From Trichoplax adhaerens (taxonomy: Eukaryota > Animalia > Placozoa): a DNA stretch of 64,000 nucleotides. Of the stretch, positions 11,387 through 26,254 are shown one piece after another. Where the stretch lies: positions 2,351,128 through 2,415,127 of the forward strand of contig NW_002060952.1 in assembly GCF_000150275.1 (NCBI RefSeq), in the 5' to 3' direction. The position numbers and the translations under genes were made by a program. Each line of letters starts with the position of its first letter. Within the stretch, counting starts at the first letter, position 1. Under the pieces are notes generated by a model that was given only the letters and a program-made list of their open reading frames with translations, was not told where the DNA came from and did not search any database.

Positions 11387-14300
11387 TTTTAATAAATGTT
11401 AGTATAATACTTACTCTAATCAAGAAAAATTATATCCTGGAGGTTACAGCACTACATTCAACTAACTTACAACTATAACCGTAATTAATCCTTATATTAC
11501 AAAATTTATTACACCTTGAATTACATTTCTACAATCTATTGACAAACCTCAGCTTCTTATGTAAATTTTTTCCTAGGTATTTTAAGCACTTATATCCGAG
11601 CAGAATTAACTTGTGTCCAAAATAACGAAATATTCATGCCCATCTACCAATTATTACTGATGCAATACACTAATAAATCTATAAGGGCAATATTTAGTAA
11701 GGTACCGGTGATAGCTTATCCTATTATTGCTGCATTTATATCTACATTCACTACATTCAGTATTAGGTCATATCCTGATTCCATATCATAAAAATGTGTT
11801 GCCTTGTACTAGTTCATTCATGCAAAGCCTCGTTAACATTCTACATAAAATAATTGAACCATTCAATATTCCGTACATAGATATATTTATATCGAAATTA
11901 TCATCAATTTAATTGATAGTTTAAATTATATTATATCTTAATAATTATCTAGAAAATGTTATCTGCTTCTATATAAATTCAATTTGAACTTTTTCTCACC
12001 ATCTAGTCATTATATAAGCTTTCTTTATTTATACCGTTGTGCATAAGAAACGACGCTACACGTAATATCCTACGTTGAAATTTATTAATTTATCATAATC
12101 TTTTTAAGTTAATGGGATAGACAGCGGCATATATTTATTCTACATATCTTGACATTTAATTTCTTCAATCGAGGATATTATGATTTTGGACGTATAAACA
12201 TTTTTGAAACGTTTAATTAATATGATGGTTGTATTAAATTTAAATTGAATTTGTCCTATTCTTTGTGCGTACTGCAATACTTAAAAAATTAAAATCGCTC
12301 TATAATCGCATATAATGATCTGCTCAATCGAGTCACTTCTTTTGTTATTGCACAAACTACCAAAGACAAGTAATTTCATTCTTATTACATCTTTTTGTTA
12401 CGCAAGAATATATGTTATATATAATAGTGTATTATTAATAGCCTATAAATCTTCCTTAAGTATAGAGAATATCTTTTGGATGCACCTTGACTAGCTTAAT
12501 TAGATCAATCTCATATTTAATAGTTCTGCAAAATGTAAAGGAGCTCAAACTAGCTATATAGATATCTACATGTATATGTTTTAGAGCTTGTTTAATCTAA
12601 TATACTACAGCAAAAGGATTTTAAGGCAGCTAATCTTCCATTAATCTAATAGTTAGCGCGAGAGATGAACAGAAAATTTTCCGAGTACTAAAATTAAATT
12701 CTCTATGATATCCATAGAATTAATTCAATTTTTGTATGTCAATTCTAGTTTATTATCGTCGTAATATTAAAGATTGTCTTGACGATTGGAAACTTGATAA
12801 TTATAATTAGTGAAAGAGATCAAATTTTCATACTGACTTATGATACCAGGGACATCCTACTATTATAGGCAAATATAGAAGCCATTTATAAGGATTCTTT
12901 GATGAAGTGAATAAATAGGTAAATACGTATAATCATGCTAAGAAATGGCTCAATTTCTGATTTTAGGGCCACAGTGAGGCGATTAGTTTAACCATCATTG
13001 TTCTTAATAAAACTATATTCCGCCATTTTCCACTTGTTATCCATAACTTCTCTGCCTACATGATTTATTTCTTAATAACAAGCTATTTTGTCCACTTTAA
13101 TTAGCTACAGCTTTCCCTGTTATTTGATCGATAAGCAAGTACAAATTTATTCCAGTGCGTATTAACAAGGTACGCAGTAAGTCTCTAATTAGCCCAACAT
13201 CTTTCTATTGACTTGAAGTAGATAGTATAATCCATAAAGTCAATTTGACATTATCATGAACAGAAAATGTCGAATTATTTTAATTTTTAAGATTCCAATA
13301 ACGTAAGATGATTATATGATCAAGGGCTATTATAATAAAATATGGCACACCTGTCAAATCAAAATGACAGCTTTACCGCCAATTTTCCAATAAAGACATC
13401 GAGCACAGCATTTTCTAAGCAATTATGGTCTTGTTTTGCCCAATTCACTTCTTGATACAGTAGATAGGACAAATCATGTTTACCTGTACTATAGCCATGG
13501 AGAGTTAAAGCTATCATTAAAACTGTTAATAAGTGATTATTACAAAGCCGATTTAGCATAGATTATCCCACCTACCACACGATTGAAATGGATGATCATG
13601 ATTGACATTAAACAGAAGATGTGTAGACATAATCCGCTCAATTTTACCGCCTATTTCCTTGTTTGTAAGTTGAGATACTACGTAGACTAAATCATTTCAA
13701 GATGAATTCAAGCTTGTTCTATCGCTTAACCTAATTAATTGTATCTTGTTTCCTTTTATGCAGTAAAACTCAATCGAAATACAATCATCCTTTTACCACT
13801 CTTCTCATTACTTCAGCCTAATGATAACAAGATGTAGCTTAGTGATCACCATCAAAATTTGCCATCCGATGATCAAATCATCTTTTGAATATATATATAT
13901 TGTTAATTAAACAAAAGCCTTACTTATACTTGAATTTTAATCAACAATATGCAATCAATCAAGCAATTAGTTGGAAGGAAAATTTCCATCCATCAATAAA
14001 TTTACTTAGCCTGCTTATGGTAATAAACCCACGAATCAGTCGAAGCAAGCCAGAAATAAAACTGCCGATTAGCTCCTTGCTATTCTGTTACAGGCCCTTG
14101 ATCGCTTTAACACCATCATGTTAGTTGCTTAAAGTAAGACTAATCGATTCTAAACTTATTGTTGTTAGCCTCTATACCGTCCAATTTATTATTATCTTGT
14201 CCAACTAGATATATCATTATCTTATCTAATGGCAGGATCCGCCCCTTTTTCACCCTATTGTTATAGATGATAGTATCGACTTTTTTCTATCTTTGTTGTT

Positions 14301-15084
14301 ATACTTGATATACTTGTAAATTATTTAATATCCAAATAGTATCAAGCGGATTTTTCTTCATCGTTATTTCAATTCCTTCCAAGGTGATCTGATAAACTGC
14401 ATCGATCAGTGCTGAAAAAGGCAACGTTTATCCACGATTAATACAAGGTAAGATAGGATAAAAGCAATTTAAATCATTCATCAAGATGGATTACAAACTT
14501 CTTGATGATCACTTTAATCGATGATAGGATAATGACGGCGGCAGTCGATTTTATCTACCATCGTTGCTATTTTTTCTTATATTCAGTTGAAAATAGAGAC
14601 GGATATTGGTCTCCTAATTCTATTCTCTAAACATGATTTATTCACTTTTGAATCGATCAAGTCTAGTTGAAATTTAGAAGAGTTGAAATAGATCCAATCG
14701 ATGACGTCTTATACCAGTTAACATTCATGTTGTCATGGAAGTAAATGGCAATCGTCTTTTAACTTAACAGCTATCCCTTACTATGTTGATTTTTAAATGT
14801 TCAACGACATTCATGTAGCGATATATTACTGTTAGAGTTTTTATTCATGCAATTAATAAAATACTTTCTTTCTAATTGGGAAAGGCACTTACTACCGGAT
14901 TCAATATTTCCCATGAATCCTGTAGAAAAAACACTTTAGCTGGACTTGATTCGTCGAATATATTATACTCCTAAAATCGTTGCTAACATATCCTCTTTCT
15001 CTAAAATATTACTATTTATTGGATGAGTGATGTTTTCAATTCGTTCACTACCCATGAAAGCAATATTGCGCTTGATCCATCTTC

Positions 15085-15650
15085 TTTACTATCTAAAATA
15101 ATATTGAGGTTGATATTCGTTGGGTGGAACCTCTTGATGTTACAAGGAATATAATAGATCAACATTCGATCGCTATGGCAGTATGAAAATGGATCCAAAT
15201 CCAGCATCGCTAAGGCAATTAAATGTAGTCACATCATCTTCGTACAGCATAACTCATTCTTCAGGACTATACTATCTAAAAAAATGTTAGGGTTGAGATT
15301 CATCTGAAGGAAACTCTTGGTATTACAAGAAAGGAATAAAATAGATCAACATTCGATCGCTATGACAGTATAAAAGGATCGAAATCTAGAATCGCCAAGG
15401 TAATAAAACGATCCTCACATTTTCCATATATAACAAAATTCATTCTTCATGACCATACTATCTAAAATGATGTTGTTGTTTGATGTTGATGGGGTGGAAA
15501 CTCTTGATATTACAAAAAAGGAATAAAATAGATCAATATGGGATTGTTATGCCAGTATGATAGTGTATCCAAATCCAACATTTCTAAGGCAATAAAATGA
15601 TTTTCACATCATCTTTACATTACTTAATTCATTCTTCATGACTATAGCGG
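15085..15650. repeat. Three-copy tandem repeat, ~184 bp unit
   Basis: ACTATCTAAAA...ACTCTTG.T.TTACAA...GGAATA(T/A)AATAGATCAA(C/T)AT recurs at ~15088, ~15272 and ~15457. Confidence 0.88.
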
Positions 15651-17124
15651 ATATGTATCATTATCCTTTTACCTAAAGTGTGATTAGTTAAATATCGCTA
15701 AGTTTATCGAAAAGCTCGATGATGAAATTTATGTCTATCAGTTGTTGCTATCACGACTTTAAGGAATAAATTGAATGTTCTGGAGATTGCTTCAATAGCT
15801 ACAGGCTATCCTTGATGGCTTATTGAGATTTTTAGTCATTCGAATAACTATACCCTATTTCAACTTTTATTATCATTTAGAATTAACGAACGACCTCAAA
15901 TAGGATTTATAATGTTGTGATGACATCTTCAATTTTTAAGATTAAGTTTATTCCTTTGATTTAACTACCCTAATCCAATCTCTTGCTATTATACTTACAC
16001 TAGTGCACAGATATAACAGCGGTTATTTTTAAGTTGATTACAAAACATCGCTACTAGCAAGAAAATTTCCTTTTCATTTACTCCCTTTAGTATTGAGTAA
16101 GAGAAACTTTTAAAACCTATCCACCATGGAAAGTACTATGGTACTATATCCAAAACTAATCCTAGTATCAATTTTGAAATATCTTGGGGGCCTTGTTCCA
16201 TCATAATACTAACCCACAATAATGAAGACTATCAAGGTTTACGAACCAGAGCTTTAACCATCCCAAAGCTGATCTTACCAGAGCAACCTACTGTAATCTA
16301 CTTAAGACAGCAAATGAAGTGTTTGCTGATAATTTATACGGTTTGTTAGTTAAACTGTTGTAATTTTTAATAATTTAGCCGAGCACGATTTAAATGGGAG
16401 GTTGTATTAAAGGACCGGAACCTGCTCTATTCTTTACGTAATTTATTACTCTCAGTAACTAGTAATTTTCAACTTGGCTAATAGACTTTGATAGTAACAT
16501 CAATTAAATAATGAAATAATTGATTTTTTAGCAGTAACTGTGCTAAACTATTGGAAAGAATGATTGATAAACTCTAAATAGGCAACAACTTTGCATGCTG
16601 TCTTATTTTGCTTATGTGCAGTCGCGGGGAATAGAGTGAAGGGAAATTCTCTCATTTTCCAGAATAGCCAATGCCTTTTTAACTTTCTATTCTTCTCTAT
16701 CCTTCATTAATTTTGAATGCCAGTCATAAGTTTAATCAACATTAAATATAAAACTTGTTCTCTATCAGCATTTCATTTCTATGTTCTTGTAATAATACAG
16801 TGAACAAGACTACGAAATAGATTGTCGCTGAGTTCCTATCCTTACACTTTTGACTTCATCATTAATTGACAAGGTGTAAATCATACCAATATGAAACATC
16901 ATGTTAAGCCATTGTTTCATGGCAAAATTTATGCCATCTTTCTGCTTTTCATTTTACCATCAATAAACGCTATTTCAGCGTAGATCGTTACCTTAGCAAG
17001 ATGATCTAGTCATAAAATGCAAATAGTGATAATCAGGAAACATTTTAATTATTTTTTAACATTGTTAAGTTCAATATTCCATAGTTTATAGAAATAATCA
17101 TTTTTGCCATTTGGTCATTCCTTA

Positions 17125-18910
17125 TTTGATATTCTCAGTAGCGATGAGAAATAGTCCATCGTGAATGAAAAGATCAAGTCAATTACTAAAGAGTTTAAAA
17201 TTGAAGCGGTATCGTCCATACTGTATTAGATCTACAGTAATCATTTCGACTATTTGGGCACTTTTTCTTTGGATATTCTTGGTAACGAAGAGAAATATTC
17301 CACACCGTTGCCAAAATTAAGAGACTCCAAAGTCAATTCCTAAAGAGTTTAAAATTGTAGTGAATTATCATGAAAGCTACCATGAATTGACAATAATTAT
17401 TTCTGCAATTTGGGTACTCATGTTAAGTATTCGGATGAATTTGGAATGGTTCTAACTTAAGAGAGTCAAATCAATTCCTAAAGAGTTTAAAATTGAAGTG
17501 ATATCGTGAATGCTACCATAAATTGACAAATAATTAGTCCTGCATTTGGTACTCATCGTTGGATATTATTCCTATTGGCAATGAGAAAGGTTCCGATGAA
17601 TTTAGAATGATTTTAATTACAATTAGAGTCAGGACTTTTGGATATTCTCAGTAACGATGAGAAATGTTCCATAGTAAATTTAGAGATGAGCGTTCATTTC
17701 TAAAGCATTTAAATGGAAGTGATATCTTCCATGTTGTAAGGAATCAACAATCATCGTTATTTATTATATGCTATTTGGACACCCATTGTTGGACATTGTT
17801 GAATATTAATGGTAACGATGAGAAATATTCCACAGTAAATTGAAAGAGTCAAGTCAATCCCTATAAAGTTTAAAAATAAAATTGTATCGGTGATTGTACA
17901 ATGAATTTAGAATGATCATCTTTGTGATTTGGGTTAGTGCTTTTGGACATTTGCAGCATAGATGAGAGATATTCAATAGTTATTTAAGAGGATCAAGTTA
18001 ATTTCTAAAGGGTTTGAAATAGAAATTGTGTCATTGATTGTATTCTAAATTGATAATAATTACGTTTGCAATTTGGGCACTTACTTTTGGATATTTTTAG
18101 TAAAGAAGAGAAGTAGCCCTTTAGTTAATTAAGATAGCCAAGTAAACTCTTCAGAGTGTAAGATCGATGGAATATCGTCTATACTACAATGGATGGCTAA
18201 CAATTATGTTTTGTAATTTGAGTGCCGGCACTCATTCTAGATATTTTCAATAAAGATGAAAAATATTCCGTGGGCTATTGAAAGAGTTAACCAATTACTA
18301 AAGAGTTCAAAATTGGAGTTGCGAAATTGATTGTACAATGAACTAGCAATAATTATTTTTATAATTTAGGTACTCGTATTTGAATAGTTTCACTAAAGAT
18401 GATATATAGCCTATAGCTAATTAAGAGGGCCAAGGAAACCCTTAAGAGTTTTATTTTGGGAATTTGAGTGAATATTTCTAGCTATTTTCAATAAAGATGA
18501 GAAATATTCCATGGGCCATTGAGAGAATCGATCAATTGCTAAAGAGTTTAAACTTGAAATTGTGACATTGATTGTATAATGAACAGTAGTTGCTTTTGCA
18601 ATTTGAGTACTCAGTGTTTGGGATATTTACAGTAAAGATGAGAAATTATCCGCAGTTAATTAAGACAGTTAAGTAAACCCTAGATAGTATTATTTTTTTC
18701 AATTTGAGCGCTCATTGATAGATATTTTTCAGTCAAGGTGAGAAATATTCTCCTAGGCAATTGAGAAAGTTGATCAATTGCTAAAGAGTTCAAAATTGAA
18801 ATGGTATCAATTACTGCACACTGTACAGTGTGCAGTAATTATTTTTGCTATTTGGATACTCATTTTTGGATATTTTCAGTAACGATGAGAAATAGCCCAT
18901 AGTTAATTAT
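17125..18910. repeat. Degenerate satellite-like array, ~100-150 bp units (~13 copies) with ~240-bp higher-order dimers distally
   Basis: Recurrent GATATT(T/C)TCAGTAA(C/A)GATGAGAAATA and TAAAGAGTT(T/C)AAAATTG at about 17187, 17341, 17478, 17701, 17864, 18006, 18299, 18541 and 18782. Confidence 0.9.
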
Positions 18911-20494
18911 AATTTAACTTGAATTTTAGCAATATTGCTAAGCTTCATCACTTAATTTTACAACTCTTTCGCAAGTTTTTGAAATCTTCAGTTTGTAAAT
19001 AATCATAAAAATTCAACACTTTCCTTAAATGTCAAAATATTTAAAGCCTTGTTTAATAAATTAAAGCCATGACTGCTCGATACTACAGTATTGGTCATCA
19101 TTTTGATCAAATAACTACTAATTTAGAGCGTTGAAACACTTTCAATCTTGTCTAATGGTAATTTATATCATTCAATTTTACAACCAAAGTTGTACTGTAT
19201 TCTTTCTAACCGTTATCACTTAGTCTTAGTAACTATCCATAATATCCAGCACCCTATTCGAATAATCTGTATGCTGAAAAAATCTCTTTCCAATGAAAGC
19301 CATAACCGGTCGATTCTATAATAGAATTTATATAATTATTTCCCCAGCATTTCTCGATTGATTTATAACAACTGTCGACGTTTTTGCAGCCTACTGGTTA
19401 TTAAAAGAGTTAAAACATGATAAAATTGACTTCAATGGAGAGCCATTCGTAAATTTTATGACTCTAGCTTGCTAATCTTCTTCCTAGCCTTTGGCTACGA
19501 TTTCTTGGCAACGGAAAATAACCTTTAAACCCTGCTTGAAGAATTAGCAGCCCTTTGCCATATGGCATTCTAAAAAATCATTTATATATTTCTACTGGAT
19601 ACCAATGGCTAAAATTTACCTCTATTGCGTGATTAGACATTCATCTTTCACAGTTGCATTCAATTCTATCAGATAGTTTTGATCCTTAATAATGAAAACT
19701 ATCCCTTAATTTTCTGCACTATTAACGCTAAAATGGTAATAATTACTTCAACAGCAGCTATAGAATAGCTTTCATCCTGTAGCTATTCAGGCTGTTACTA
19801 TTAAATGGAGGAACTATTCTTCAAGCTTGAGTGGCTTCCCGAAAATATTTACTTTTCTAATTGAATAATTGTATCAATAACTGATTTTATCGAAAATTGA
19901 GCTTTTACCGTATTAAATCTATGTAAGAAGGGTTAGGCGTGGAAATGAACATCAAGATAGCCATAGTAATGATAAAACGGAGAATTTCTTCATGCAATAT
20001 CAAAATTATGTTACTATAGGTTTAATCAGCCAAATAAATGATATCTTTTCTAATATATAAACAACTTAAAGCAATAGGGAGCCACTACAACCAATTTACT
20101 GACTATTGGCATCCTAAAAGATCAATTTACTCAATTTTTTCAACTTAGTAGGCTTCCTTCAGTATATCTTTATTCCATTAACCAATCTATCTTGCAATAT
20201 TTAGCAGTCGTTATAAGACTAATATAAAATAATTATTGAACTAATACCCTTATAATAGAGAAGTTCCTTTAATATTTTCTCTGTCTAAGTTACTTATTGA
20301 TATACTGTATTGTGCGATTTGCCTTGAATCTCTAGTAAATGATCGTATTTAAGGTATTGCTTTTAATGAGTTAGCAAATTGAAGGATCTGTTTCTCTCCA
20401 TTTTTCCTGTCCATTATTTTATGGTCCATATTACAGTACAGTTTAAAGTTCTTTACGATATTACATGAAATCTCGGACTTTAATGGAAATAGGA

Positions 20495-21230
20495 AACTGA
20501 AATTTTAATTGATATTTTAGCATCTTTGTCATGGCTGCCACTACTTTAGTCTATGCTAAAGTACCAGTATAGCATGAAATTCTTAATAGCAATATTAGCA
20601 AATTGAAATTGCATTTAGGTATTCTGCCCATGATTGCCCTTACTTTATATCATGTTGATGCACAACATGAAATTTTGAACGTCATTATTGCTGAAAAAGA
20701 CTACAATTAATATAGCCCCTACTGGCATACAACACTGAATTCTTAACGACAGTACTACTGAAAATGATTGCCATTACTTTAATCCATGCTAAGCACAATG
20801 TCGAGTTTCCAATGACAATATTACTAAAGGGCTGATTTTCATCTTTCATCAGTCTTCATTAACTTTTACATTGTACCTATATTAAAGCGAAAATAGTTGA
20901 TTAATTGATTGATTGATATAGATAATATCCAGTCGTGATGCCCTAATCATAATTCACACTTAAACACAGTATAAAATTTTCAACGATAACGTAACTGAAA
21001 ATGTTCAGACTTTCCTCTTTCGTCAATTTTGATTAACTTTTACTCTATATAGTAAACTGGAATCGATTGATAATGTCCTGTCATGATATCTCCTCCAACT
21101 TTAATCCGTATCACTGGAATAGAATATAGAATTTCAACTATAGTATTACTATAAAGACTTTGACTTTCCCCTTTAGCCAATTTTAATCGATTTCTAGACT
21201 CTATATTAAAGCAAAACTAATTAATTAAAA
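20495..21230. repeat. Highly degenerate short-unit tandem repeat
   Basis: Recurring GAAATT(T/C)T.AA..(A/G).CA.TA(T/C)TA(C/G)TGAAAA-like motif about 7 times; AATTTT/ACTTTT...TATATTAAAGC repeated. Confidence 0.55.
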
Positions 21231-24200
21231 TTATTCCTAACATAAAACAGAAAGACAACATCGACACCAGTTGTGAGGTTGATAGATCAAGAATCTTCCA
21301 AACTTTAGAAAATTAAGATTTATTGAATAAAACCTTGTTTACGAAGATACAACGTAATCGATTAGCGGAGGACCTCTAATGAGAAAGAACTCTCTTACTA
21401 TACTAAACTACTCGCTTATATACTTTTCCGCATTTACAGTCTTAGCACCTTACTTACTACACACTTCAGTATTAGCATCTCAAATATAGGATAGTTTACA
21501 CCTTTCCTGTGAAGCTCTAGTGTGAGCACTGTATCGATCCTCTTAAGAAGGATTCCAGTTACTAAGCTAGCTATATTGAATACTTAAGCCTCTAACGAGA
21601 ACATCTATCACATGTTGAACACAACACCTACGGTAGACATTACTAAATATATCATCAACTTAGAATACAATATTACACTGTCTTACATCAGTAAAGAACT
21701 TTCTCTGTTTTCTCTAAAGCTGAATTCAACTCTTCGTCAATCATCCTTAGACAATAAATAATTGAACGACGTTTTGATACCAGTACCTATCAATATTTCA
21801 ATCTGCTGTCATGGATTTAAACCAATCAATATCTTGTTTATTCTCATTGACTAACATAAAATTAGTCCACTTTAGTGGGATTCTAATTCTTAAATGCCTT
21901 GAAATTCATATAAATTATCTTTAGAGCTACGATGGCGCAATCTGATATGCTTGAATTGATTTTTTCGTACATTAGGTCGTCTTTATTTCAATAGTATTGC
22001 GATATGGTGACCAGCTGGAAGGAAATATTATTTTGATGTGAATGTAAAGGAATGATTATACCGAACTTTTTGGCTAAGTTTACACTAGCAATCTTTTACT
22101 CTCAATATTTTCTAATATATTCAGTCGAGACTGACTAACATAAGTGAAAATAGTCACCATTCTCTGCCCAGTTGGTCTTCGAAAATTATTTAAAGACTCA
22201 ATGGTAAAGCTTATAGATTAAGGGTAAACTCCTTTCCGAATTTCTCAAAGTATCGGATTATAATCAAGATTAAAGTAAGAAAATCAAATTTATAATCGTA
22301 TATTAAGGTAAGATATAGAACTCTTGTATCATTATTCCACATGCTTTTGCTAGAACTTAAGTTTCATTGCATCATTCAAAATAAATAACTAACTCAATCA
22401 ATCCAACAATAACAGTTTTCCTACTTGTTATATTGCCCATACTTACAAGAGTCAACCTAATAGAGTAGATTTTTTTAAAACTCTTCAATATTTTACCCTC
22501 TCGTATCTTTCGTAATATACAATTCCTTAAACAATTCGTTATGCAAAGAAATAGTGAGATGGGTAATCTTCCTTAAGAAGGCGAACAATATCGTATCCTT
22601 ACTACCGCATCTAGAACTATAACTCGATTCCTCTTTGCTACATTATACAAGATATTCTGTAGTTGAGGATCATCGTGATTTACCATTTGAAATATCACTC
22701 GCTCTACAAATTACTAGATTGAGTTCTAACTATGTATAGATTATTAATTACTCTTCAAGAGTCATCTACAGAATAGAGTATTAGGGTTACATTATAACTC
22801 TGAGTATAAACTATCACGATTTAGCCTTATAAGCATTCTAACATCTAGCTAGGACAGTTTTGAAATTAATTGCCCTTCAAAAACCTACTAGTCAAACCTG
22901 ATAGGCTTTGATCGATAATACTTAAAAATCTTAGCTATCCTTCATTTTCTTTGATATTCTGCAATACGTATCTTATCGAAAGTATTCTCTTTATAATCTT
23001 ATTCAAAATCATTCTTTTAATGATCTTTTACGGACACCAACTACTAAACTTACCAGAACTATATCCAGTTATACTAGTAAATAGATGCAATTTAAACTAA
23101 TTACGGTACTCGTTATGAGTAGTAATTTAATCAAAAGGTACAAACCGATATTACTTGGCTCTATATAGATTAACTTACTCTATGAAAGTATTCATCTGTT
23201 GCATTAAAATTCATGTGACAAATTTTTGCAAGTTAAACTGAGATTAGAATCGATAATTCCAGTTGATATTTCGCTATAAATAAGGCCTATACCTACAGTA
23301 AGCCATTCACGAAGATGAAAGCAGATTACTTATGACTTATTCACCTCAAAACGATTATTCAACTATACTATTGAGTTTCACAGCTTTCCATTGAATTTCT
23401 AAATCATTTTCTTACTCATGATTCAGCGTTTCATCTAATGCTACATAAGAAACAAATATTTAATTAATTTACCCATAATCATCCAATTGTTAATCCTTAA
23501 CAACAATAAAATTCTTACGAGAAGGGATTGATAACCTTGATATTGGCATATAATTTCTCCATGGATATCAGTTGTTTCTAATGTATATTAAATTACATTT
23601 TATTTTCTTTCAAATTATTGGCACGCAGCTTCAAATCAATATATAGTTAACTACCCTGGTATGGTAAGATGTCTCAAAATCAGAGATAATCGAAATTTGA
23701 TAACTTATAATGTTCACTTTAGTATATAAATTACTTCTTTAACCAAGAACAAAATAAAGTAACTCAAGGAGATAAGATCTCCTGCTTATATGCATTATAA
23801 TTCAACTCTATTTAAATCTACAATTTCTAATTAATCTTGTTTCAAATTACTCGCTTCGTCTTTGGTATTGAATCACCTTAATAAAATATTTCTAACCAAT
23901 GCTTCAATTTTTACTATACTTACTTAGTACGGAAATGAAAAACTCATTCCTAGGATTCTAATTATTCTATAATCCTGCACATACAGTGTCAATTATACAA
24001 TTTTATAGACCACTTAACCACTTCCTACAATCTATTAAGCTATTTTTGAGCCTGTAATACATTTGATCGTGAAGAGCATCCAATACTGAATGATTGCAGA
24101 ACGATATTATCAAAACTAATGAAATTAGGAGGGAAAGATTTAAGAACATTATATTACTGGATCACAGATTTAAAAAAAATATCTATTCTTACTCATTGGA

Positions 24201-26254
24201 ATCCAATGCATTAAATTTGCGATACTAATTGAACTTAGATCGTCACAGTAAATATCTGCATATTTATAACAAAAAGATGAAAAAATTAACAATATAACAT
24301 CTACAATCATCGTCCATATCTTAATTCTTTACAATATAATCCAACATATGCAAATTTCATTCTTCTAAACTCTCTTTTTACGGTAAACCCGCTATAGTAC
24401 GATACTCAAGTAGAAGATCATTCTAGTAATTTATTATAATGACTAATTTAGCAATTTTAGTTCCACTGGCAATATCATTTAATATTTATTAAAAGATCCC
24501 GAAAACTTTTCATAACACAACCCTTGATACTTTAGCTAAGGATTGATTTGTTCGTGTTATTGAACGATTAATTCTCTCTAATTTCTTGATCCATAAATCA
24601 CAGTATCCAATCTAATCTGTCAACATTTGCAAATAAATTTTGATTATTGAAAGTGATAATTTGAACTTATAAATAGAATATCAGCAGCTGTTATTGAACT
24701 GAAATTCAAGAATGTTTACTCACGTTAACACGTCAGATCTTTGATAGAATTTGAGTTATTGTTTGTATTTAGTAGAATTCATCTATAAGTGTGCTACAGT
24801 ACGTCGAGAATTTCCTATGATCATGAATGATAATTTAAATAAAGACCTATCCTATTAATAACCCTATCATACCTATACATTAATCAATGAAAAGCTGATA
24901 ATAGATCGGATGTTTTCTATGACTGTTTTGAATGGCAACCATTGCAGATCGACTTCCTTATTATTCTAATATCATTATAGTAATAACTTATAAACCCTAA
25001 GTAAAGAAGATCACCCATAGCACATATTATAAACAAATGGTTGATAATCCCTTCCGCCACGATTAAATCCTAATATCTAAACCTGGAAAAGTCTTAAACC
25101 TATAAAATAATTCAACGTGGCCATTGAAAATTGCATTTTAGATTTTCCTATACAGATTCACTCATAAGCTTTGCTTTTATTTACATTATCGTTAATTCTA
25201 TCGTCAAGGTGCTTCACTTTCTCCCATCTCTGATTGATTTTTACTTACGGGTTGGTATATAAAGTGAAAAAATAATAGCCTGCTCTTCAGTTATTTTCGC
25301 TGTATTCATGATCGTGGTCTTCTTATAAAATATTTGGTTCTGATTTTTGATATTTTACATCTAATTTAACAGTTGATAGCTGCATTTTATGACTACTATG
25401 AGCTTTTTTCTATTATAGATCTAGTTGTGATAAAAATTTACATATTTCGATATTCTTGTAATTTTTACTTAACTCTACGGCTAATATGCTGACTGATCAT
25501 TAAATACTGAATCATTTATTATCTCCTGCTATGGATTCATCCCTATAGAGGATATTCATCCAGTTTAGACTGCATTCTCCATTTATGGAGTCTTCAATAT
25601 AGCACTCCATGTTTGTAGCTAAACAGGCTATAAATTCGCAACTGATTTGGGTTATTTTTTCTAGTATATCCTCTGATATCTAGTTGGATAGGGCACAGTC
25701 TATTATTAAACTTGAATAAACTTGTAATCTATCTATCACATACTTCTGTACTTAAACTGTAGAGCAGGCTACAAGATTATATTAGACGATCCTTGAGTTA
25801 TATTCTTTTCGAGATTAGTTTTTAAAACTACATGTTGAAACCTTAGAAGCAAACTTACTTGCATGTTCATAATTTTGGATCGTTCCACTCGTATTATAGC
25901 TTATCAAAATTTACTGAGCAAACATGACGACAAGAGCTAACGGCATAAAACCTATTATTGACCTATAGAAAATTATATTCATAATACCTTCAGCATCTTG
26001 GTTAATTCTCATATGAAATAAACGTCACAATCCTGATCAGGACTAGGATTAAATAAGCAAAAAATGATACTTTACGCGATATACTAAATCTGCTAGCTTA
26101 TCTTTTAACGTTCTGCTTATCTGTTCTTAATGACTGTCAACTATCTCTATTACTAGTGTACATACATATATATCGACAAATATTTAAGTATTTCCTATCT
26201 GTCTTCTCATCAGACCATAGATAACCAAAGAAATTTATCGGACCTATATTAACC

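Noticed and set aside
14729-14742. RFX X-box-like GTTGTCATGGAAGT upstream of a putative ciliary gene
   Set aside because: The 3' half lacks the AAC of the consensus; too weak to call.
16101-16349. 83-codon stop-free frame on the + strand (EKLLKPIHHGKYYGTISKTNPSINFEISWGPC...)
   Set aside because: No start codon near its 5' end, no convincing in-frame splice sites and no recognisable motif; compatible with chance.
17125-18910. Minus-strand reading of one unit looks LRR-like (DTISILNSLAIDQLSQLPRRIFLTLTEKYL) and the ~144-bp unit equals 2x24 codons
   Set aside because: Sibling units have stops and frameshifts, and unit lengths are not multiples of 3. There is no consistent LxxLxLxxN pattern, so I treated it as a non-coding repeat.
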